DNA of 64,000 nt, taken from positions 157,363-221,362 of the forward strand of contig JBAPXW010000027.1 in the NCBI GenBank assembly GCA_049284415.1, read 5' to 3'. Positions 56,915 to 64,000 of the stretch are shown here, piece after piece. The notes under the pieces were generated by a model. It saw only the letters and a program-made list of their open reading frames with translations. It made no database searches and was not told where the DNA came from. Both the position numbers and the translations under genes were made by a program. This stretch comes from Leclercia sp. Its GTDB lineage: Bacteria > Pseudomonadota > Gammaproteobacteria > Enterobacterales > Enterobacteriaceae. Numbering within the stretch: the stretch's first letter is position 1; each line of letters begins with the position of its first letter.

Positions 56915-57991
56915 TTATTCATCAAAGTCGTAGGTCATGATCACTTTAATCGCGGTCTTATCGACCATGGCGTCAAAGCCTTCGCGCCAGCGAGAGAGGC
57001 CGATACGGTGCGTGATCATCGGTTTAACTTTGATTGCGCCACTGGCTAACAGACGGATGGCGTTGCGCCAGGAGGTCGAGTCGTAGGCCATATGCCCGAT
57101 GATGCTTTTGTTCCAGGCGGTGATGTCGTTGATGGAGAAATCGAGCGGTTTGAATCCCATGCCAATGCGCACCACTTCACCGTTCGGGCGCAGCATCTCA
57201 ATTGATTGCTTAAGGGCGATATTGGCACCGGAACATTCGAGAACCAGGCCGAGATTATCTTTCCCGCAAATTTCCTGGCAACGCGCCACCACATGCTCAG
57301 TGGAACCATTCACCACCGCCGTGGCCCCCAGTTCTCTGGCGATCGGGAAACGCACGGCCACATCGTCATCAAGACCAACCACCACGATATTGACAGCGCC
57401 CATGATGCGGGCCATCTGTACCGAGAACAGCCCCAGCGGACCCGTGCCGATAACCACCACGTCCTGACCCGGCAAGAATTTTGACTGTTGGGCAATGGAT
57501 TTGTATGCATTGCAAACCGGATCGAGTACGGCGGCGTCTTCGTAGTCCACGCCGTCGGGGATTTCCCACAGGGCATGACGGTGAATTTTAAGGATCTCGC
57601 CTGGCACCAGGCAGTACTTTGAAAAGCCACCGCCCCAGGTATTGTTATCCAGACCCAGGTTCACTTTTTCTGTACAACACAGAAAATCACCCTGTTCACA
57701 GGCCGGGCAGATCCCGCAAACATGTCCGCTGTTATCTGACACAACCCGCTGCCCCACCGACCAGTGTTTGACCTTCTCGCCCACCTTTGCGATGCGGCCT
57801 GCAAATTCGTGCCCACGAATCGAGTTAAACTGATCGGAGCCGCTATCGACATTGTAGTGTTTCATGTCGGCACCACAGATTGCCGCCGCTTTGATTTCAA
57901 TCACAATGTCCTCTGGGCCGCAGACGGGCTCCGGAACGTCGATCATTTTGTAGCCGCCAAAGGCCTTACCAAATCTTGCCAGTGCTTTCAT
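56915..57991 (-). CDS. ydjL: zinc-type alcohol/polyol dehydrogenase YdjL
   Basis: ORF trimmed to MKALARFGKAFGGYKMIDVPEP... (358 aa). Confidence 0.92.
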   Translation of the reverse strand: MKALARFGKAFGGYKMIDVPEPVCGPEDIVIEIKAAAICGADMKHYNVDSGSDQFNSIRGHEFAGRIAKVGEKVKHWSVGQRVVSDNSGHVCGICPACEQGDFLCCTEKVNLGLDNNTWGGGFSKYCLVPGEILKIHRHALWEIPDGVDYEDAAVLDPVCNAYKSIAQQSKFLPGQDVVVIGTGPLGLFSVQMARIMGAVNIVVVGLDDDVAVRFPIARELGATAVVNGSTEHVVARCQEICGKDNLGLVLECSGANIALKQSIEMLRPNGEVVRIGMGFKPLDFSINDITAWNKSIIGHMAYDSTSWRNAIRLLASGAIKVKPMITHRIGLSRWREGFDAMVDKTAIKVIMTYDFDE

Positions 57992-58291
57992 TGCGTTTTC
58001 CTTTGTGAGTCGTTTTGCATCAATGGCGAGCATACTTACCCACAAAATCTTTGAGGTCAACATTGAATCTTCATAACACAGATAACAATCTTCATTTCAC
58101 AATACCGATCACAAATACACAGAAAATGGATGTTGGAAAACACGCGTCAGTGGAAGCCACGTCGTAAACTGCACGACGCCGGACGAAGGATGCCAGGTTG
58201 GATTAATGTAGGAAGTGGGGAAGTAAGGGCGAAGGAATGCAGCAGAAGAAGCCGGAGAGCAGGACGCCCTACCCGGCTTACAGAACGGAAA

Positions 58292-58567
58292 TTATGATTT
58301 GAACGTCGCGATCGGTTTCGGGGTGATGCCGAAATCTTCTTTCAGCTCGCGCTTGCTCTTCATCACCATCTGACCTTGGGTGTCGATGGTCATGTGCTGC
58401 GCCTCGGTGTTGTGACGCGCTTGCCAAAGCATTACCAGCTGCAGGCAATTCTCTTTTTGTTCCGGCGTCAGGGCCACGCCATCTGCCCATTTACCGAGCT
58501 CAACGGCCGTCACCAGCCGCTGATATACCTCTGGCGTCATGCCGTTAATCATCTCATCAATATTCAT
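58292..58567 (-). CDS. yeaC: DUF1315 protein YeaC
   Basis: About 91 aa, MNIDEMINGMTPEVYQRLVTAVELGKW.... Confidence 0.88.
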   Translation of the reverse strand: MNIDEMINGMTPEVYQRLVTAVELGKWADGVALTPEQKENCLQLVMLWQARHNTEAQHMTIDTQGQMVMKSKRELKEDFGITPKPIATFKS

Positions 58568-58609
58568 GCTCACCCTGGCTCCGAAGGAATAATTTGCTGA
58601 ATCGATTTT

Positions 58610-59023
58610 TCAACCTTTTGTCTGGTCGCCATTCTGATCATCGGTGAAGCTTAACGAGGCAGAATTGACGCAGAAACGCTCGCCGGTCGGCTGAGGACCA
58701 TCCGGGAAGACGTGACCGAGATGCGCGTCACAGTTCCCGCAGCGGATCTCGATGCGCTGCATACCGTGGGTGGTGTCGTCCAGGTAGCGAACAGCGTCTT
58801 CACTGACCGGCTCGTAAAAGCTTGGCCAGCCGCAGCCAGAATCGTACTTACTCTGGGCGTTAAACAGTGCCGAGTCGCACACCAGGCAGTGGTATACGCC
58901 ATCGCGCTTATTATGCAGCAAACGCCCGGTAAACGGCGGTTCAGTGCCGCGGTTTTGCGTCACGTAAAACTGCATTTCTGTTAGGTTTTTTTTGAGTTCT
59001 TCTGGGTTTTGTTGATTCGACAT
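58610..59023 (-). CDS. msrB: peptide-methionine (R)-S-oxide reductase
   Basis: ORF trimmed to [23 protein letters not shown]... (137 aa) with CxxC zinc sites and the [13 protein letters not shown] motif. Confidence 0.95.
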   Translation of the reverse strand: MSNQQNPEELKKNLTEMQFYVTQNRGTEPPFTGRLLHNKRDGVYHCLVCDSALFNAQSKYDSGCGWPSFYEPVSEDAVRYLDDTTHGMQRIEIRCGNCDAHLGHVFPDGPQPTGERFCVNSASLSFTDDQNGDQTKG

Positions 59024-59352
59024 ATGCTGACATCTCGCCGTTGAAACAGACAACTTTTAACGTCGATTCTAACAAAATATTAACAATGGAGTATGAACTT
59101 TTGTTCTAAACTTACTCGTCGCGTACAGGCACGCAGCAAAATGTGATCTACTCCACATTTTTATATGGGGAGCCCTTTAAACTTCCGGGCGCAGCCCCCA
59201 CATGTGTGCAAGCTCAAAGGGAATGTGAGGCGAGTCAGTCGAACAAAGGTAATGCGAAGGATTGATTTGTCGCAATGATTGACACGATTCCGCTTGACGC
59301 TGCGTAAGGTTTTTGTAATTTTACACGCAACCTTTTATTCACTAACAAATAG

Positions 59353-60360
<1,008 letters not shown>

Positions 60361-60379
60361 GTTCTGGAGATTCTGACCC

Positions 60380-60407
60380 AAAAAGGCGACCTCGGTCGCC
60401 TTTTTTT
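60380..60407 (+). terminator. gapA intrinsic terminator
   Basis: AAAAAGGCGAC-ctcg-GTCGCCTTTTTTT. Confidence 0.88.
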
Positions 60408-60435
60408 ATGGCTTTAAAAGACAGAGGATTGCGTA

Positions 60436-61320
60436 ATGATTAAAACAATTTTTGCACTTCCGGTAGTCGAACAACTTACCCCTGTGCTCTCACGCCGTCA
60501 GATTGATGATGTGGAAGTGATCGTGGTCGATCACCCGCAGGTTAAAGCTTCCGTTGCCCTGCATGGCGCGCATCTGCTCTCCTGGCAGCCAGAAGGCGAA
60601 GTCGAAGCCCTTTGGCTGAGCGATATCACCTCCTTTAAAAAAGGGGCGGCCATTCGCGGCGGCGTGCCGATTTGCTGGCCATGGTTTGGCCCGGCGGCTG
60701 AACAGGGTTTACCCTCCCATGGTTTTGCCCGCAATCTGCCGTGGACGCTGAAAAACCATAGCGAAGACAATTCCGGCGTGGCGTTGACCTTTGAACTGCA
60801 AAGCAGCGACGAGACGCGTCAGCTCTGGCCGCACGACTTCACCCTGTATGCTCACTTTACGCTGGGTAAAACCTGCGAAATTGAACTGGAAGCGCACGGC
60901 GAATTCGAGACCACCTCGGCCCTGCACACCTACTTCAACGTGGGTGATATTGCGGCGGTGACGGTGAGCGGTCTGGGCGATACCTTTATCGATAAGGTGA
61001 ATAACGCCAAAGAGGGCAATCTGAGCGACGGCATCCAGGCCTTCCCGGATCGTACCGACCGCGTTTATCTGAACCCGGAAGCCTGCAGCGTGATTCATGA
61101 TGCGGCGCTTAACCGCAGCATTGAAGTCATCCACCAGCATCACAGCAATGTGGTCGGCTGGAACCCGGGCCCGGCGCTGTCGGTAAGCATGGGTGACGTA
61201 CCGGATGACGGATACAAAACCTTCGTGTGCGTAGAAACTGCCTGCGTCAGCGAACCGCAAACCACACGTGAAGCGCAGCCTTCACGTCTGGGACAGACAA
61301 TTCACATTGTGAAGCGTTAA
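60436..61320 (+). CDS. yeaD: glucose-6-phosphate 1-epimerase (aldose epimerase family) YeaD
   Basis: 294 aa. Synteny matches. Confidence 0.93.
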   Translation: MIKTIFALPVVEQLTPVLSRRQIDDVEVIVVDHPQVKASVALHGAHLLSWQPEGEVEALWLSDITSFKKGAAIRGGVPICWPWFGPAAEQGLPSHGFARNLPWTLKNHSEDNSGVALTFELQSSDETRQLWPHDFTLYAHFTLGKTCEIELEAHGEFETTSALHTYFNVGDIAAVTVSGLGDTFIDKVNNAKEGNLSDGIQAFPDRTDRVYLNPEACSVIHDAALNRSIEVIHQHHSNVVGWNPGPALSVSMGDVPDDGYKTFVCVETACVSEPQTTREAQPSRLGQTIHIVKR

Positions 61321-61367
61321 TCCCCGCGCGATTGCCCTTTCCTCCCGGAGAGGGCATTAACATGAAT

Positions 61368-62222
61368 TCACACCACATCTAATGCCGTTTTCTGTCCCGG
61401 AGCCGGGAAGGCCTGATCCAGTTGTAATAATGCATCGGCGGACAGCGTAATCGTCAGCGCACCCGCATTCTCTGCCACATGGTCGGTCGAGGAGGCTTTA
61501 GGAATGGCGATCACCCCCTGGTGGCTGATTACCCAGGCCAGCAGCACCTGCGCCGCACTGGCGTTATAGTCTTGCGCAATCGCCTGTACGACCGGATGAT
61601 TCATCAGCCCGGAGCGTAAACGCCCGGCTTGCGCCAGCGGACAATAGGCCATCACCGGCATCTGCTGATGCTGACACCAGGGCAACAGATCGTACTCAAT
61701 GCCGCGTGAGGCCAGGTGGTACAGCACCTGATTAGTCGCACAGTGCTTGCCGCCCGGTACCTGCTCCAGCTCCTGCATATCTGCATAATCCAGATTTGAC
61801 ACACCCCAGCGACCTATCTTGCCCTGTTGTTGCAGGGTCTCCATCAATTTGACGGTTTCCGCCAGCGGATAATTCCCGCGCCAGTGCAGCAGATTGAGGT
61901 CGATACGATCGGTGCCCAGGCGACGCAGGCTCGCGTCACAGGCGGCAATCCCTTTTTGCCCGCCCGCGTTCCAGGGGTAAACCTTGGAGACCAGATACAC
62001 CTTATCGCGCTGGCCTTTGATCGCCTCGCCCACCACCTCTTCAGCCCCGCCGTCGGCGTACATTTCTGCGGTGTCGATGAGCGTCAGCCCGAGATCAATG
62101 CCCGCCCGCAGGGCAGCCACTTCCTGGCGGCGCTGGCCTGCCTTTTCACCCATATACCACGTGCCCTGCCCAATGGCGGGGATCACAATGCTGTCGCCGA
62201 AGGTCACGGTTTTTTCGCTCAT
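61368..62222 (-). CDS. yeaE: aldo-keto reductase YeaE
   Basis: ORF trimmed to MSEKTVTFGDSIVIPAIGQGTW... (284 aa). AGGAG SD. Confidence 0.93.
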   Translation of the reverse strand: MSEKTVTFGDSIVIPAIGQGTWYMGEKAGQRRQEVAALRAGIDLGLTLIDTAEMYADGGAEEVVGEAIKGQRDKVYLVSKVYPWNAGGQKGIAACDASLRRLGTDRIDLNLLHWRGNYPLAETVKLMETLQQQGKIGRWGVSNLDYADMQELEQVPGGKHCATNQVLYHLASRGIEYDLLPWCQHQQMPVMAYCPLAQAGRLRSGLMNHPVVQAIAQDYNASAAQVLLAWVISHQGVIAIPKASSTDHVAENAGALTITLSADALLQLDQAFPAPGQKTALDVV

Positions 62223-62258
62223 AACGTTCTCCTGGTTTGTCTGCCTCACCGTAATGCA

Positions 62259-62280
62259 AACGGGGCGCAAGCGCCCCGTT
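62259..62280 (-). terminator. mipA terminator hairpin
   Basis: AACGGGGCGC-aa-GCGCCCCGTT, followed on the minus strand by TGCATT. The U-tract is weak. Confidence 0.55.
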
Positions 62281-62313
62281 GTGATGCACAGAATGCACTA
62301 TAAAAATGCACAA

Positions 62314-63060
62314 TCAGAAACTGTATGTCACGCCCACAGAAAACAGCCCGGCCCAGGACTTATCGACCATCGGGCTGTCTTTTACTTCATCGCTCAGGTG
62401 CGAGTAACGGCCGGTGCCGTACACGTTCCAGTCGGCGGCAAATTTATAGCTTGCCGTCAACTCGAGGTATGGGCTCCAGCCGTCGTCAGCATTGTAGCTG
62501 TGCAGGCCGCTGCGATTAGCTTCCCGCTGCGACACGCCGTAGTAGTAGTCGTTGTAGTTTTCGCTGCTGTATTCCACACCGATCCCCGGCGTCAGCGTCA
62601 GCCCACCGTTGTTATAACGGTACAGCCACGCCAGATCCCAGATAAAGCCGTTGCTGTTGTCGAGGGTATCGCCCGCAAGCGCGGTACGCAGGAAGCCGTA
62701 CTCGGTGTTATGCACATAAGAGAGGCCCGCCATCATGGTGCTCTTACGTTTGTCGAGCTGACGCAGCTGGTAGTTGTCGCTGTCTCCCGGCTTAAAGTGC
62801 ATTGGCGAGTAATAGGCCATGATCGACAGTTTGTCGGTCTGGTCATTCCACAGGTAGTAGCCCCCGCCCAGTCCACGGAACCAGAAGTTATCCCCTTCAT
62901 AGGTAATAACCGGAACCGGATAGACGTCGCGATCGTACTGTTTATACGGGCTATTAATCACGCCGACGCCCGCGCCAACGGACCAATGGTTTTCCGCGTT
63001 TGCGGATCCCATTGAAGCGGCAACGAGAACGCCCAATGCCAGAAGTTTGAGTTTGGTCAC
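62314..63060 (-). CDS. mipA: MltA-interacting outer membrane scaffold protein MipA
   Basis: 248 aa with a signal peptide and a beta-barrel-like C-terminal ...VGVTYSF. Confidence 0.94.
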   Translation of the reverse strand: MTKLKLLALGVLVAASMGSANAENHWSVGAGVGVINSPYKQYDRDVYPVPVITYEGDNFWFRGLGGGYYLWNDQTDKLSIMAYYSPMHFKPGDSDNYQLRQLDKRKSTMMAGLSYVHNTEYGFLRTALAGDTLDNSNGFIWDLAWLYRYNNGGLTLTPGIGVEYSSENYNDYYYGVSQREANRSGLHSYNADDGWSPYLELTASYKFAADWNVYGTGRYSHLSDEVKDSPMVDKSWAGLFSVGVTYSF

Positions 63061-63378
63061 AATCCTTTTTTCCTGTAGTCAAATAATCAGCGAATGAAGT
63101 GTAACCGCCCTTTCCCTCCTACCTCAAAACTTTTTTGCAGGCTAATCATTTTGAGCAACCGGTCATTTTGCGCATAAAAGATGACGGAGCGCAGTCAGCT
63201 GGATGACAGTTTCACGAAGGCACAAGGTTTGACTTTCAGGATAAGGCTGAATTTTTGGATGAGTTATTGATATGTCATTGAAATTAGATTTTGCATGCAG
63301 GCAAGTTTTGCAAATGCCATCTACGCTTAATTTTAAGAAGCTGAATACCCGATCACCCCGCAGTTTTAGCGCCCGATC

Positions 63379-63394
63379 TGGCATACGGGTTGCT
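63379..63394 (+). promoter_or_regulatory. sigma-54 promoter upstream of yeaG
   Basis: TGGCAT-ACGGG-TTGCT (GG/GC at the canonical spacing), about 100 nt upstream of the yeaG ATG. Confidence 0.6.
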
Positions 63395-63493
63395 GCTCTG
63401 GCAGTGAGGTGTAAGGGATCCCGCTTCCGGGAGCCTCTACTACTCATATGAACGGCTCTTTTCCTGTGCTAAAAAACGAAAGGACGGCATGCC

Positions 63494-64000
63494 ATGAATA
63501 TATTCGATCACTATCGCCAGCGCTATGAAGCTGCCAAGGACGAAGAGTTCACACTGCAGGAGTTTCTTACCATCTGTCGGCAAGATCGCAGTGCCTATGC
63601 CAACGCGGCAGAACGACTATTGATGGCTATTGGTGAGCCGAATATGGTTGATACTGCCCAAGAGCCCCGGCTTTCCCGTCTGTTTTCGAATCGGGTTGTT
63701 GCCCGATATCCAGCGTTTGAAGAATTTTATGGCATGGAAGATGCCATCGAGCAGATCGTTTCCTATCTGAAGCATGCAGCGCAAGGCCTGGAAGAGAAGA
63801 AACAGATCCTCTATCTGCTGGGTCCGGTCGGGGGCGGTAAATCCTCGCTGGCGGAGCGTCTTAAATCGTTAATGCAGCGCGTGCCTATTTACGTGCTCAG
63901 CGCTAACGGTGAACGCAGCCCGGTCAACGATCATCCGCTGTGCCTGTTTAACCCGCAGGAAGATGCGCAGATTCTGGATAAAGAGTACGGCATTCCGCGT
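63494..64000 (+). CDS. yeaG: PrkA-family serine protein kinase YeaG (5-prime part, runs off the window)
   Basis: Not in the track because there is no stop in the window. My own translation from the ATG at 63494 gives MNIFDHYRQRYEAAKDEEFTLQEFLTICRQDRSAYANAAERLL...LLGPVGGGKSSLAERLK (Walker A). Confidence 0.93.
   Translation, partial: MNIFDHYRQRYEAAKDEEFTLQEFLTICRQDRSAYANAAERLLMAIGEPNMVDTAQEPRLSRLFSNRVVARYPAFEEFYGMEDAIEQIVSYLKHAAQGLEEKKQILYLLGPVGGGKSSLAERLKSLMQRVPIYVLSANGERSPVNDHPLCLFNPQEDAQILDKEYGIPR

Noticed and set aside
58181-58265. Purine-rich tract (GGAAGTGGGGAAGTAAGGGCGAAGGAATGCAGCAGAAGAAGCCGGAGAGCAGGA) between ydjL and yeaC
   Set aside because: It has no clear repeat unit, ORF or structure beyond a weak GCCGG...CCGGC hairpin that may terminate yeaC. 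It could not be tied to any function.
63163-63447. 94-aa minus-strand ORF between mipA and yeaG
   Set aside because: It overlaps the yeaG sigma-54 promoter region, has no SD and shows no recognisable features.

Overview
No tools were run. Gene calls rest on the supplied ORF track, my own reading of both strands, and recall of E. coli K-12 homologues and gene order. This window is a GC-rich enterobacterial chromosomal core segment. It looks Klebsiella/Enterobacter-like, but the genus cannot be fixed from sequence alone. It is collinear with the E. coli K-12 block rpmI-infC-thrS ... pfkB ... katE-chbGFRACB-osmE-nadE-cho-ves-spy-astEBDAC-xthA-ydjX-ynjBCDEF-nudG-ynjH-gdhA-topB-selD-ydjA-sppA-ansA-pncA-ydjEFGHIJKL-yeaC-msrB-gapA-yeaD-yeaE-mipA-yeaG. 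About 62 protein genes are supported. Many ORF-track entries carry spurious N-terminal extensions, which I trimmed to conserved starts: infC AUU, cho GTG, ydjF GTG and others. yeaG runs off the right edge and is absent from the track. I found no rRNA, tRNA, CRISPR array, IS element, integrase, phage gene or recognisable defence gene. I do not see a convincing novel multi-gene system. Differences from the E. coli layout are small. (1) The thrS-ydiY spacer carries a 30-aa hydrophobic ORF and a 73-aa secreted acidic protein instead of arpB/yniD. (2) An orphan kduD-type dehydrogenase with a KdgR box sits between hxpB and ydjM. (3) ydjO, ydjY, ydjZ and ynjI are absent, and a YnjA-like AhpD/CMD gene sits upstream of and overlapping ynjF. 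(4) A secreted GH18 chitinase is inserted between pncA and ydjE, preceded by an intrinsic terminator right before its RBS. (5) nudG reads as frameshifted at a C-run. Regulatory sites readable directly from the sequence are: the thrS operator hairpin, LexA boxes (ydjM, cho), the ChiX-complementary site in the chbB-chbC spacer, a CRP site at chb, a BaeR box at spy, sigma-54 promoters at astC and yeaG, REP copies, many intrinsic terminators, and a perfect 14-bp inverted repeat that buries the ydjF Shine-Dalgarno. The many long antisense or shadow ORFs in the track are treated as GC/codon-bias artefacts.
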